Below, one piece after another: positions 44,534 to 54,855 of a stretch of 64,000 nt of DNA. The position numbers and the translations under genes were made by a program. Numbering within the stretch: the stretch's first letter is position 1; the number at the start of each line of letters is the position of its first letter. The notes beneath the pieces are model-generated. The model ran no database searches, was not told the DNA's origin, and was given only the letters and a program-made list of their open reading frames with translations. The DNA lies in assembly GCA_037442565.1 (NCBI GenBank), contig JBBIQA010000001.1:15331-79330 (forward strand), given 5' to 3'. Source of the DNA: Rhodospirillales bacterium. Lineage in GTDB: Bacteria > Pseudomonadota > Alphaproteobacteria > Acetobacterales > Acetobacteraceae.

Positions 44534-45270
44534 GCCCGGAGCCCCTGCTGTCGGTGCAGAACCTCGGCAAGCGCTTCGGCGGCTTCGTCGCGCTGGAAGC
44601 CATCTACCTCGACATCGAGGCCGGCGAGCGCGTCGGCCTGATCGGCCCGAACGGCTCGGGCAAGAGCACGCTGGTCAACTGCCTGTCCGGCACGCTGCGC
44701 AACGAAACCGGCAGCGTGCAGTTCGACGGCCGGCAGATGAACGGCCTGCCGGCGCACCAGCGCACCCGCCTCGGCTTCGCGCGCAGCTTCCAGCTGCCGC
44801 GGCCGTTCAACAGCCTGTCGGTGGCCGAGAACCTGCGCATCCCCATCGAATACACCGTCAATGCCCGGCCTCTCAAACAGGTTCCCGCCGGCGATATAGC
44901 GCGGCGCTGCAACGATCTTCTCGCCATGGTGGGCCTTGCGGAAAAATCGGAAAAGATGCCGCGCGATCTCACCCAGATCGAGATGCGCAAGCTCGAACTC
45001 GCCCGCGCCATGGCCTCCGATCCCAAGCTGCTGATCGCTGACGAGGCGATGGCCGGACTGTCGCATGCGGAGGTGGACGACATCCTCGCCCTGCTGATCC
45101 GGCTGAACGAGCAGGGCGTCACCATCATCATGATCGAGCACATCATGCGCGCGGTCATGCAGTTCTCCCAGCGCCTGGTCGTGCTGGTCGCCGGCAAGAA
45201 GATCGCCGACGGCCTGCCCGCCGAGGTTGTGCGCAACCCAGAAGTGGAGCGAGCCTATCTTGGCGAGTAG
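44530..45270 (+). CDS. ABC transporter ATP-binding protein (LivG-like)
   Basis: GTG start overlapping the upstream stop by 4 nt. Walker A GPNGSGKST, and Walker B LLIADEAMAGL. Confidence 0.92.
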   Translation: MSPEPLLSVQNLGKRFGGFVALEAIYLDIEAGERVGLIGPNGSGKSTLVNCLSGTLRNETGSVQFDGRQMNGLPAHQRTRLGFARSFQLPRPFNSLSVAENLRIPIEYTVNARPLKQVPAGDIARRCNDLLAMVGLAEKSEKMPRDLTQIEMRKLELARAMASDPKLLIADEAMAGLSHAEVDDILALLIRLNEQGVTIIMIEHIMRAVMQFSQRLVVLVAGKKIADGLPAEVVRNPEVERAYLGE

Positions 45271-45991
45271 CCTCACCATTTCCGGCGTGGATGCCGGCTA
45301 CGGCGCGATCCGTGTGCTGAATGGCGTGTCGCTCAACGTCACGGCCGGGCAGACCGTGGCGCTGCTGGGCACCAACGGCAACGGCAAGTCCACGCTGATG
45401 AAAAGCATCATGGGCATGGTCACCCCCACCGTCGGCAGCATCGTCGCCGAGATCGACGGCGCACGGCACGAGTTGGTTGGGCTGTCCACGCAAGCCATCG
45501 TCGATCTCGGCATCGCCTTCGTGCCCGAAGGCCGCCGGCTGTTCCCGAAACTGTCGGTGACCGAGAACCTGCTGCTCGGCGCCTACCGGCAATCCGCCCG
45601 AGCCTCGATCGCCCGCAACCTGGCATTCTGTTACGAGGCCTTCCCCCGGCTGTCCGAACGCCGCGGCCAGCTCGCCGGTTCCATGAGCGGCGGCGAGCAG
45701 CAGATGCTGGCCCTGGCCCGCGCCCTGATGTCCGATCCGCGCATCCTGCTGATCGACGAACCCTCCGTCGGGCTGGCGCCTCTGCTGGTCAGCCGTACGA
45801 TCGAGAAGATCAAGGAACTGAAAGACACCTTCAACCTGACGGTGCTGATGGCAGAGCAGAATTTCACCCAGGCCATCCGCATCGCCGATGCCGGCTATCT
45901 GATCGTGCATGGGGAGATCGTGTTCGAGGGCGCCTCGGCCGAAGCGCTGAATGACAACGAACAGATCCGGAAATTCTATCTGGGTCTGTAG
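45227..45991 (+). CDS. ABC transporter ATP-binding protein (LivF-like)
   Basis: Walker A GTNGNGKST, signature MSGGEQQML, Walker B LLLIDEPSVGL. The true start may be the TTG at 45260. Confidence 0.9.
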   Translation: MCATQKWSEPILASSLTISGVDAGYGAIRVLNGVSLNVTAGQTVALLGTNGNGKSTLMKSIMGMVTPTVGSIVAEIDGARHELVGLSTQAIVDLGIAFVPEGRRLFPKLSVTENLLLGAYRQSARASIARNLAFCYEAFPRLSERRGQLAGSMSGGEQQMLALARALMSDPRILLIDEPSVGLAPLLVSRTIEKIKELKDTFNLTVLMAEQNFTQAIRIADAGYLIVHGEIVFEGASAEALNDNEQIRKFYLGL

Positions 45992-46036
45992 CCCGCAGCC
46001 CGGACGCAGCGCGGCGCGATCCGGAGCCCATTCACA

Positions 46037-46894
46037 CTAATTCGCGAACGTATTGCACGCTTTCACCTGCCCGCTCTGCAGCCCGGCGGTCAGCCATTGC
46101 ACCCGCTGCTCCGACGAGCCATGGGTGAAACTATCCGGCACCACCGCGCCGCGGCCGGATTGCTGGGCCAGCCGGTCATCGCCGATCGCGGACGCCGTCG
46201 TCACCGCCTGGCGCACATCGTTCTGATCGATGTTCTGGTGGCGCTGGTTCATGTGATACGCCCACACCCCCGCCAGGCAATCCGCCATCAATTCGGTCCG
46301 TACCGACAACGCATTGGCAGACCGCCTGTCGGTCTGCCGTTCCGCCTGCTGCACCTTCGGCAGCAGCCCGATCAGGTTCTGCACATGGTGCCCGACCTCA
46401 TGCGCAATCACATAGGCGTAGGCGAAGTTGCCACCCCCGCCGAACCTACGCTGCATATCCTGGAAGAACGACGTGTCCAGATACAGCTTGTGATCCAGCG
46501 GGCAATAGAACGGCCCCATGGAGGATTGCGCCGTTCCGCAGCCCGATTGCGTCACCCCGGAAAACAAGACCAGGATCGGCTTTTCGTAGGGCTTTCCTGC
46601 CTGCTGCGGCAGTAGCTGCGTCCAGACATCCTCGGTTTCACCCAGCACCCTGGCGACGAAATTGCCGATCTGGTCGGTCGGCACGCCCTTCTGGCCGGGT
46701 GCTGAAACCGCTGGTCCGTTGCCGCCGGTGACCATTTCCGCCCCGCCGATCAGCATCCGCGGATCGATCCCCGTGGCCCAGCCGAGCAAGGTGAGGATCA
46801 CGATGGCGCCGATGCCAAGCCCGCCCTTGGTCGCACCGCCCATGCCGCGACGGTCTTCAATATTGCCGGAAGCCCGAAGGTCGTCGTCCTGCAT
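46037..46894 (-). CDS. Neutral zinc metallopeptidase (YpfJ-like)
   Basis: N-terminal DRRG...TM helix, SGCG...GPFYCP, and the HEVGHHVQN zinc motif. Confidence 0.88.
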   Translation of the reverse strand: MQDDDLRASGNIEDRRGMGGATKGGLGIGAIVILTLLGWATGIDPRMLIGGAEMVTGGNGPAVSAPGQKGVPTDQIGNFVARVLGETEDVWTQLLPQQAGKPYEKPILVLFSGVTQSGCGTAQSSMGPFYCPLDHKLYLDTSFFQDMQRRFGGGGNFAYAYVIAHEVGHHVQNLIGLLPKVQQAERQTDRRSANALSVRTELMADCLAGVWAYHMNQRHQNIDQNDVRQAVTTASAIGDDRLAQQSGRGAVVPDSFTHGSSEQRVQWLTAGLQSGQVKACNTFAN

Positions 46895-47098
46895 GGATTT
46901 GCTCCTGATGCGCCGGATCGGCTCTTTCGGTCACGGACAGCCTCCGCGCGCGAGATTCCCTCCCACGCGCCAGCCAGTCACATCCAGACCGCAATGGCCC
47001 GAGCCTACAGGCGTCCGGCCGATGCGTAAAACCGTCCGCAACGCGCAACGGCGATACCCGGCGGCAGCGAACCCACCGCCCCGCCGGTCGGGTCCCGC

Positions 47099-48358
47099 CT
47101 ACTTCTTCACATCGCTATAGGGGTACATCGCATCCCCGGTCTTGTAAGCCGGCGGCCAGAGGATCTTCTCGGCGTTCAGATCGCGGAACTGCTCGATGCC
47201 GTTACCCGTCACGTTCTGGAACTGCACCTCCAGCACCCGCGCCTCCACCCATTCGCCCTGGTCGTTGAACTGGATCGGGCCGGCCACGGTCTTGAAAATT
47301 GTTTTCCGCATATAGGCGGCCAGTTTTTCGTCATCCAGGCTCTTGGTCGCCTCCACCGATTGCTGCAGCACCTGCATCAGCGAATAGGCGAACGGCGGCA
47401 GGTAGTAGCCCAGCTGATCCACCCCGGCACCGGCCGCCTTCGCCTGATAGCGCTTCAGCATGTCCAGTGCCTCCGGCGTCGCGAAGGCCGGCGTCGGCAG
47501 CCAGAAATCGTAATCCACGATGCCGTTCAGCAGCGGGCCAAGCTGCATCTTGATGGCGGTGGACTGTAAACCCACCATGCCGCCGCCGAACAGCTTGGTC
47601 TTCAGCCCTACCTCGCTGGCGGCCCGGATCATGCCCACGCTGTCGGGCGGATAGGAGGCGACGAACACCAGATCCGGATTGACCGACTGGATCGCACGGA
47701 TGATCGGCGTGTAGTCCGCCGTGCTCGGCGGATAGGTCTTGTCGTAGACGATCTTCAGTCCCTTCTCCTTGATGACGGATCGCGCGCCATCCAGCGCGTT
47801 GCGCGGAAATTCCGCGTCCGCGCCGACGATGGCGACGGTCTGCGGCTTCGGGTTCTGCGCCATCGCCACTTCAAAGAAGCCGCGTGAGAAACTTTCCTTC
47901 GGCTTCGGTCCGCCGGTGGGGCCGATGCTGAAATAGTTCGGGTAGTGGAACTCGCTGTTCACCGCCAGGCCGAGCAGCGCGAAGAAGGTACGGTTGTGCT
48001 GCATCACCACCGGCATCGCCGGGGCCACCATGTTGGTGGCGTAGCCGCTGGTCACCAGATCCACCTTGTCCACGTCCAGCAGCTTCGTGTAGATGCCGGG
48101 CACGGTGGAGGGGTTGGACTGGTCGTCGTAGTACACGAGCTTCACCGGCCGGCCGAGCAGGCCGCCCTTGGCGTTCACCTCCTCCTCCCAAAGCTGCATG
48201 GCCAGCAGCGCCGCCTTGCCGTTCGGCGCCAGGCCGCCGGTCAGCGCCATGCCGAAGCCGATGGTGATCGGTTTGCCCTGCGGCTGGGCCATCGCGGGCA
48301 GCGCGGAGGCGGCGAGCGTCCCGGCAACCAGGCGGCCAAAAATGCGGCGTTGCAGCAT
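47099..48358 (-). CDS. ABC transporter substrate-binding protein (Leu/Ile/Val-binding protein family)
   Basis: Signal peptide (LVAGTLAASALPAMAQ) and a type-I periplasmic-binding-protein pattern (ITIGFGMALTGGLAPNGK). Confidence 0.9.
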   Translation of the reverse strand: MLQRRIFGRLVAGTLAASALPAMAQPQGKPITIGFGMALTGGLAPNGKAALLAMQLWEEEVNAKGGLLGRPVKLVYYDDQSNPSTVPGIYTKLLDVDKVDLVTSGYATNMVAPAMPVVMQHNRTFFALLGLAVNSEFHYPNYFSIGPTGGPKPKESFSRGFFEVAMAQNPKPQTVAIVGADAEFPRNALDGARSVIKEKGLKIVYDKTYPPSTADYTPIIRAIQSVNPDLVFVASYPPDSVGMIRAASEVGLKTKLFGGGMVGLQSTAIKMQLGPLLNGIVDYDFWLPTPAFATPEALDMLKRYQAKAAGAGVDQLGYYLPPFAYSLMQVLQQSVEATKSLDDEKLAAYMRKTIFKTVAGPIQFNDQGEWVEARVLEVQFQNVTGNGIEQFRDLNAEKILWPPAYKTGDAMYPYSDVKK

Positions 48359-48510
48359 GATCCGTTATCCTCCCAGTTCGTTATCGTTGCTTTCAGCCTA
48401 GGCGAGGTGGCGCCCGCGCGCCAGCACCCCGGCGGTTCCCGCCCCCGGGGTCGCAGGTCCCGGCGCGATCGCCTATATTCGAAGGGACATCATCCAACAG
48501 GAACCCAACC

Positions 48511-49413
48511 ATGCAGGATCTGGACGAGTTCACCGTCACCGACGCGGTGCTGGAACAGATGGCCCGGACGACCGACCCGCGGCTGCGCCAGATCATGGAG
48601 GCCGCCGTCCGCCATCTGCATGCCTTCGCCCGGGAGGTGAACCTGACCCCCGCAGAATGGCTGGAGGGCATCAAGTTCCTCACCGCCGTCGGTCACGCCT
48701 CCACCCCGATCCGCCAGGAATTCATCCTGCTGTCGGACGTGCTCGGCGTCTCCGCCCTGGTAAACGCCCTGCACGACAAGACCGCCACCGAGCCCGCCAC
48801 CCAGACAAGCCTGCTCGGCCCGTTCTATCGCGACGGCGCGCCCGAACTGCCGTCCGGGGCGCAGATCGTGCGCGAGCCCGGCGCGCGGGAAATCGTGGTG
48901 CACGGCCGCGTGGTGGACAAGGATGGCCAGCCGATCCCGCACGCCACGGTCCAGGTCTGGCAGACCGACGCGCACGGCCTGTACGACCTGCAGGCGAACG
49001 ATCCCGACACGATGGACGCCCGCGGCAATTTTCGTGCCGATGCCCAGGGCAACTATTATTTCCGCACCGTCCGTCCGCTCGGCTATTCCATCCCGATGGA
49101 CGGCCCGGTCGGCAAAATGGTGCACACCCAGGCGCGGCACGGCATGCGCCCGTCACACATCCACTTCCTGATCGGCGCGCCCGGCTTTCGCGAACTGGTC
49201 ACGGCGCTGTACTTCGGCGACGACGACAATATCGCCAGCGACACCGTGTTCGGTGTGTCGAACTCCCTGGTGGTTTCCATCGTTCCGAAAGACCCCGCCT
49301 GCCCAATCCCGGGCCTGCCCGGCGTGCGCTACGACTTTCAGCTCGCCCACGCCTCGGCGGACGGCGAGGGCCGCGTCGGGGCCGATCCGGCCTCAATCGT
49401 GCCCGCGCATTAA
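48511..49413 (+). CDS. Intradiol ring-cleavage dioxygenase (hydroxyquinol/catechol 1,2-dioxygenase family)
   Basis: N-terminal helical dimerisation region, GPFY, VWQTDAHGLYD and RPSHIHFLI iron-ligand motifs. Confidence 0.9.
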   Translation: MQDLDEFTVTDAVLEQMARTTDPRLRQIMEAAVRHLHAFAREVNLTPAEWLEGIKFLTAVGHASTPIRQEFILLSDVLGVSALVNALHDKTATEPATQTSLLGPFYRDGAPELPSGAQIVREPGAREIVVHGRVVDKDGQPIPHATVQVWQTDAHGLYDLQANDPDTMDARGNFRADAQGNYYFRTVRPLGYSIPMDGPVGKMVHTQARHGMRPSHIHFLIGAPGFRELVTALYFGDDDNIASDTVFGVSNSLVVSIVPKDPACPIPGLPGVRYDFQLAHASADGEGRVGADPASIVPAH

Positions 49414-49440
49414 TCTCCCCCAGTTCACGGAAACAACGCA

Positions 49441-50022
49441 TTGAAGCTCGGCATCGTCTCGGACGTACATTGCAATATCGTCGGCCTGAAGCGGGCGGTG
49501 GAGATGATGGGGGATATCGACGAGCTGCTCTGCCTCGGCGATTCCATTTATGAATACCGGTTTTCCAACGACGTGATCCGCTACCTGCGGGACATCGGCG
49601 CGCATGTGATCCTGGGCAATCACGAGGAGGGCTTCCTTTCCCCCTCCGGCGTGCGGGCGCGGGAAGCCGAATGGATCGACAGATCCCTGCTCGGCTGGAT
49701 GGCCGAGCAGCCGCACCGGCGCGACCTGACGTTCGGCAACAAGAAGGTGCTGATGGTGCATTCCACGCCGTGGGAGCCACGTGGTTCCTACGTGCATCCC
49801 ACCAGCTCCCAGATCAAGCGCTTCGGCGAGGTCGATGCGGACTACGTGCTGTATGGCCACACGCACTACCAGATGGCCGAACGGGTGGGCAAAGTGCTGG
49901 TGATCAATCCCGGCTCCGCCGGCGATGCCCGCGACAGCCGCAATGGCCGCCAGCTCAGCTTCGCGGTATTGGACACCGCAACCGACAACGTGGTTATCAC
50001 GGATTACGCAGACGGGGCCTGA
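49441..50022 (+). CDS. Metallophosphoesterase family protein (YfcE-like)
   Basis: TTG start. Motifs IVSDVHCN, LGDSI, GNHE and YGHTH. Confidence 0.8.
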   Translation: MKLGIVSDVHCNIVGLKRAVEMMGDIDELLCLGDSIYEYRFSNDVIRYLRDIGAHVILGNHEEGFLSPSGVRAREAEWIDRSLLGWMAEQPHRRDLTFGNKKVLMVHSTPWEPRGSYVHPTSSQIKRFGEVDADYVLYGHTHYQMAERVGKVLVINPGSAGDARDSRNGRQLSFAVLDTATDNVVITDYADGA

Positions 50023-50046
50023 AGCCCCCCATCATTGGGAGTTCAA

Positions 50047-50847
50047 ATGGGACAAGTCCAGGACAAGGTGGCGTTCGTCACCGGCGGCGCCTCCGGCATC
50101 GGCGCCGCCTGCGCTCGCACGCTGGCGCGCGAGGGGGCGAAGGTCGTCGTCACCGACCTCGATGACGCGCGCGGCAACGCGCTGGTGGCGGAGATCGGCG
50201 GCGCCGGAGGCCAGGCGATCTACCTGCACCAGGACGTCACCGACGAGGCCGGCTGGCCGGGCGCCATCGCCGCCACGGAAAGGGCCTTCGGCGGCCTGCA
50301 CATCCTGGTCGCCAATGCCGGCATCGCCATCATGGGCACCGCCATCGACATGAGCCTGGCCGATTTTCGCCGGCAGAACGCGGTGAATGTGGATGGCGTG
50401 TTCCTGACGGCGAAATACGGCATTCCGGCCATGCGCCGCTCCGGCGGAGGTTCCATCATCATGATGTCCTCGGTTGCCGGGCTGCGCGGCTCGGCGGGCC
50501 TGGCCGGCTACAGCGCATCGAAAGGTGCGGTGCGGCTGTTCGCCAAATCCATCGCGCTGGAATGCGCGATCGCCGAGGACAATATCCGGGTGAACTCCGT
50601 CCATCCCGGTATCATCGTCACGCCGATCTGGACCAAGATGCCAAGCGCCGCCGGCGGCGGGGCCAATGCTCCACTGGACCCGGACGAGATCGCGCGGAAC
50701 TCCGTGCCGCTCGGCAAGCCGGCCGATCCGCAGGAAATCGCCAATGGCGTGCTGTTCCTGGCCTCGGACGCGTCCGCCCACATGACCGGATCGGAACTGG
50801 TGATCGACGGCGGCCTGACCGCCGGGCGCATCCGCCGGCTTGGATAG
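50047..50847 (+). CDS. SDR family oxidoreductase
   Basis: TGGASGIGAA, NAGI and YSASKGA motifs. GGGAG Shine-Dalgarno ahead of the ATG at 50047. Confidence 0.9.
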   Translation: MGQVQDKVAFVTGGASGIGAACARTLAREGAKVVVTDLDDARGNALVAEIGGAGGQAIYLHQDVTDEAGWPGAIAATERAFGGLHILVANAGIAIMGTAIDMSLADFRRQNAVNVDGVFLTAKYGIPAMRRSGGGSIIMMSSVAGLRGSAGLAGYSASKGAVRLFAKSIALECAIAEDNIRVNSVHPGIIVTPIWTKMPSAAGGGANAPLDPDEIARNSVPLGKPADPQEIANGVLFLASDASAHMTGSELVIDGGLTAGRIRRLG

Positions 50848-52027
50848 AAACATCGGTCCTTTCGACGTCATCATTCTCGGCGCCGGTGCCGCCGGCCTGC
50901 TCTGCGCCTTCACCGCAGGCAGGCGGGGCCGGCGTGTGCTGCTGCTCGACCATGCCGACCAGGCCGGCAAGAAGATCCTGATCAGCGGCGGCGGGCGCTG
51001 CAACTTCACCAATCTGGACGCCAGGCCGGATCGGTTCTTTTCCAACAATCCGCATTTCTGCAAATCCGCCCTCGCCCGCTACACCCAGCACGATTTCATC
51101 GCTTTGGTGGACAAGCACCGCATCGCCTGGCACGAAAAGACCCTCGGCCAGTTGTTCTGCGACGGCTCCGCCCGCGCCATCGTCGCCATGCTGCTGGACG
51201 AATGCGCCGCCGCCGGGGTGGATGTCCGCCTGTCGCACCGGATCACCGAAATCGCCAGATCGGACCGCTTCCGCGTCGCCACCGATCATGGCGAGTTCAC
51301 CGCCGACGCCCTGGTGCTCGCCACCGGCGGACCGTCCATTCCGAAGATGGGCGCCACCGGCTTCGCCTATCAGGTCGCGGAGCAGTTCGGCCTGAAGCTG
51401 GTGCCGCCCCGCCCGGCCTTGGTGCCGCTGACCTTCGCTGGCGAGGAACTGGCCCTGATGCAGAAGCTCGCCGGCGTGGCGACCGAGGTGATCGCCACCT
51501 GCAACCGCAAGAGTTTCCGCGAGAGCCTGCTGTTCACCCATCGTGGCCTGTCCGGCCCCGCGATCCTGCAAATCTCCTCGCCCTGGCAGCCGGGGATGCC
51601 GGTCACGCTCGACCTGCAGCCGGGGCAGGATGCCGGCGCCGTGCTGCTGGCGCGCAAGCACGCCCGGCCCAAGGCCGAGCTGAAAACCGTCCTGGCGGAA
51701 ACCCTGCCGCAACGCCTCGCCCAGGCCCTGGTGCAATCCGGCTATCCGGCACGGCCGATCGGCGAAATCCCCGACAAGGACCTGTACCGCCTGGCCGACA
51801 GGCTGAAGCGTTGGACCCTCACCCCCTCCGGCACCGAGGGCTACGCCAAGGCCGAGGTCACCATCGGCGGGATCGACACCGGCGGTCTGTCCTCTCAGAG
51901 CTTGCAAGCCAAAGACGTGCCCGGCCTGTATGCCATCGGAGAGGCCGTGGACGTGACCGGCTGGCTCGGCGGCTACAATTTCCAATGGGCCTGGTCCAGC
52001 GGCTGGTGCGCCGGCATGGCGGTCTGA
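50840..52027 (+). CDS. NAD(P)/FAD-dependent oxidoreductase, HI0933/BaiN-like flavoprotein
   Basis: FDVIILGAGAAGL dinucleotide-binding motif, ISGGGRCNFTN, and C-terminal GGYNFQWAWSSG. Probable TTG start overlapping the upstream gene by 8 nt. Confidence 0.88.
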   Translation: MDRNIGPFDVIILGAGAAGLLCAFTAGRRGRRVLLLDHADQAGKKILISGGGRCNFTNLDARPDRFFSNNPHFCKSALARYTQHDFIALVDKHRIAWHEKTLGQLFCDGSARAIVAMLLDECAAAGVDVRLSHRITEIARSDRFRVATDHGEFTADALVLATGGPSIPKMGATGFAYQVAEQFGLKLVPPRPALVPLTFAGEELALMQKLAGVATEVIATCNRKSFRESLLFTHRGLSGPAILQISSPWQPGMPVTLDLQPGQDAGAVLLARKHARPKAELKTVLAETLPQRLAQALVQSGYPARPIGEIPDKDLYRLADRLKRWTLTPSGTEGYAKAEVTIGGIDTGGLSSQSLQAKDVPGLYAIGEAVDVTGWLGGYNFQWAWSSGWCAGMAV

Positions 52028-52039
52028 TAGGATCGGCGC

Positions 52040-52576
52040 ATGGACATGCAAGCCACCGCCGCCCGGCATCATAGCTATCCCGACCAGTTGATCCGCCAGA
52101 TCATGACCGAGGTGAAGACCATCGCCCTGGTCGGCGCCTCCAACAATCCGGCTCGCCCCAGCTATATCGTGACCAAATATCTGTCCGAGCGCGGCTTCAA
52201 GGTGCTGCCGGTCAATCCCGGCCTTGCCGGCCAGACCATTGTCGGCCTGCCGGTCTATCGCTCCCTCGCGGACTTGCCCGAACCGGTCGACATGGTGGAG
52301 ATCTTCCGCAATTCCGAAGCCGCCGCCGGGATCACCGATGAGGCGCTGGCCATGGCCACGCCGCCCAAGGTTATCTGGATGCAGCTCGGCGTGCATAATC
52401 TGGCCGCCGCCGCCAAGGCCGAGGCGAAGGGCATCCGCGTCATCATGAACCGCTGCCCCAAGATCGAGTACGGCCGACTATCCGGCGAGATCGGCTGGCA
52501 GGGGATCAATTCGCGGATCCTGTCGTCGAAAAAGCCCAAGATGGCGCTGAAGGGCGTGCAGAAGCGCACGATCTGA
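52040..52576 (+). CDS. CoA-binding domain protein (YccU-like)
   Basis: IALVGASNNPARPSY, VLPVNP and IWMQLG motifs. Confidence 0.85.
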   Translation: MDMQATAARHHSYPDQLIRQIMTEVKTIALVGASNNPARPSYIVTKYLSERGFKVLPVNPGLAGQTIVGLPVYRSLADLPEPVDMVEIFRNSEAAAGITDEALAMATPPKVIWMQLGVHNLAAAAKAEAKGIRVIMNRCPKIEYGRLSGEIGWQGINSRILSSKKPKMALKGVQKRTI

Positions 52577-52578
52577 GG

Positions 52579-53535
52579 TCACGCCGAAGCCTTGAACGGC
52601 GTGTCCTTGCGCAACTGATCGGGGGTCAGCGGACGGCTGAACAGATAGCCCTGCCCTTCGTCGCAGCCGATCTGCGTCAGGAACTCCCGCTGCTCGGCGG
52701 CCTCGACCCCCTCGGCGACCACCCGCAGCCCCAGGGCATGGCCGGTCTCCACCACCGCGCGCACGATCGCCGCGTCCTCGCGTTCCTGCGGCAGGCCGTG
52801 CACCAGGGAGCGGTCCAGCTTCAGCACCGTCAGCGGCAGCCGGCGCAGCATCGCCAGGCTGGCATAGCCGGTGCCGAAATCGTCCAGCGCCAGCCCGACG
52901 CCGATATCGCGCAGCGCCGACAGGCCGAGCAGAGCATCGAGGTCGATATGGATCAGCATCGACTCGGTCAGTTCCAGTTCCAGCCGTTCCGGCGCCAGCC
53001 CCGACGCCTCCAGCGCCGCCGCGACCTGGTGCAGCAGCACCCCGTCGGCGATCTGTCGGGCCGATACGTTGACCGACACCGATGGCGCGGAGAACGGGGC
53101 CCCGGGTGAGCCCCAGGCGGCCGCCTCCTGGCAGGCGGCGCGCAGCACCCAGCCGCCGATGGTCAGGATCAGCCCGCTGCGCTCGGCCAGCGGAATGAAG
53201 CTCATCGGCGGCACCATGCCGCGGCGGCGATGCGGCCAGCGGATCAGCGCCTCCGCGCCGGTCACGGCCCCCGACTGCAGGGCCAGCCGCGGCTGATAGT
53301 GCAGCTGGAACGCTTCCCGCTTAACCGCATCGCGCAAATCCCGCTCCAGCCGCCGCTGCTCGGCTACCTCCGCACGCGGATCGGTCGCCGAAATCGGCCC
53401 CGGCCCGGGTGACACACCGGACGACATGCCCGATTGGGGCGACGGACCGGACCGGCTGGAATTCCCTGCGACATCGGCGGCAAAAAACATTGGATGATCC
53501 CGGCAACTGCGACGCCACGCAGAATTCCATGCCAA
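52579..53535 (-). CDS. EAL-domain cyclic-di-GMP phosphodiesterase (stand-alone EAL)
   Basis: YQP...EALIRW, DDFGTGYASL, LKLDRSLV and EGVE motifs are all present. The N-terminal 60 aa are low-complexity, so the start is uncertain (alternatives at 53490 and 53427). Confidence 0.85.
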   Translation of the reverse strand: MAWNSAWRRSCRDHPMFFAADVAGNSSRSGPSPQSGMSSGVSPGPGPISATDPRAEVAEQRRLERDLRDAVKREAFQLHYQPRLALQSGAVTGAEALIRWPHRRRGMVPPMSFIPLAERSGLILTIGGWVLRAACQEAAAWGSPGAPFSAPSVSVNVSARQIADGVLLHQVAAALEASGLAPERLELELTESMLIHIDLDALLGLSALRDIGVGLALDDFGTGYASLAMLRRLPLTVLKLDRSLVHGLPQEREDAAIVRAVVETGHALGLRVVAEGVEAAEQREFLTQIGCDEGQGYLFSRPLTPDQLRKDTPFKASA

Positions 53536-53753
53536 TGCCTGCGATGTTCTTAAGTTTCAGCGCGTTTTTTTGGCTCGTGCCGCAAATTTGTATCGCGCGG
53601 CATGCGATAATTCCAAGACCCTGCGCCTCGTCCCATGGCCCGCCATGCGACTTAGCACTTCCTTCACCCGACCCTGCTCTCATCGCTGCAGCGCTTTCCG
53701 TATCCGATCTCTCTTCCTGGCGCGCGTCCCGTCCGAACGAAGCTGGAACCGGC

Positions 53754-54788
53754 ATGACCCCAACCAATGCAACAGCGCCGGACCCCATCCCATCCGATAA
53801 CGCAACGCCCGCGATCTGCGCCCTGGATCACCGCCTGTTCAGCCAGATCAAGGGGCCCCTCTTCCGCCGCTCGGAAACCGACAACACGCCGGTCATGGTC
53901 ATACGGCTGGGCGAGCGGGACGCCGCGATCCCGTTGCGCGCCCTGCAGAACGAATGCGGGATCGAGGACGACAGTCCCGATGGCCGCATGCTCGGCCTGA
54001 TCGCCGAATCGCTCGACTACGTGACGGGACTGCGCATCGGCGACGCGCTGCCGCCGGAGGTCTGTACCGGGGAAGCCAGCTGGGAGCCCGATCCCATCCA
54101 CCTGAAACTCGCCGCCACCCGCCTGCAATTACAGCTCGTCCACTGGCTGGGCGCGAGTTCCGGCCGGGAACAGGCGAACCTGGACGCGGACGCCCTGATG
54201 CAAGCCGCCGAGGACCCCGCCTTGCGCCAGCAGGTGCAGGAAGCATTCGACCACGCCGCCGCCGCGCTCGGCCTGCCGGACGCGACCGAGGTGGTCTCCG
54301 GACTGGAGGATCTGGCCCGGGAGCTCGCCTATATCGAGGCGCTGCGCGACCGCCTGCTCCGCCGCGTTCGCTCGGTCACACAGAAGCTGGCGCCAGGAAC
54401 CCCGGGCCTGCGCAGCGATTCGTCGCGGATGGAAACCCTGACCCAGGTTCGCCGCCTCTCCGGCGCGGCCCTGAAGCAGATCGCCTCCCGCTTCGAGGAA
54501 CTGGACGCCCAGACCGGGGAAGTGATGGCCGCCCTGCGCAACGCCGACAGCCAGCGCACCTTCATCCGCTCCAACCGCGACTGGCTGTACCGCAGCCAGC
54601 GTGCCTGGGAACCGCTGCTGAGCGACTGGGACCGGATCACCGACATGCACGATGAAGGCTTCTGGCCGCTGCTGGTCCGCAGCTACCAGTTCCTGGCGCC
54701 ACGCTTCATGGCCGTCACCGAATGGACCATGGTCACCCGCCAGTTGCCGCGCAAGAACAGCCAGAAGCAGGCGCAAATGATCTGGTGA
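53754..54788 (+). CDS. Hypothetical protein, 344 aa, helical/coiled-coil, no recognisable domain
   Basis: The ORF 53409-54788 was trimmed to the ATG at 53754, because upstream codons run through the AT-rich divergent promoter region. Composition is non-repetitive. Confidence 0.62.
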   Translation: MTPTNATAPDPIPSDNATPAICALDHRLFSQIKGPLFRRSETDNTPVMVIRLGERDAAIPLRALQNECGIEDDSPDGRMLGLIAESLDYVTGLRIGDALPPEVCTGEASWEPDPIHLKLAATRLQLQLVHWLGASSGREQANLDADALMQAAEDPALRQQVQEAFDHAAAALGLPDATEVVSGLEDLARELAYIEALRDRLLRRVRSVTQKLAPGTPGLRSDSSRMETLTQVRRLSGAALKQIASRFEELDAQTGEVMAALRNADSQRTFIRSNRDWLYRSQRAWEPLLSDWDRITDMHDEGFWPLLVRSYQFLAPRFMAVTEWTMVTRQLPRKNSQKQAQMIW

Positions 54789-54855
54789 GGCCGTATTGAC
54801 CCCTCGGCCACCGAGCGCGCAGGGTCGCGGTCCCCCGAGCCATCGAGGCCTGACG

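Noticed and set aside
53409-53753. N-terminal 115-codon extension of the 344-aa hypothetical protein
   Set aside because: The extension runs through the AT-rich divergent promoter region and overlaps the EAL gene's 5' end. I therefore trimmed the gene to the ATG at 53754.
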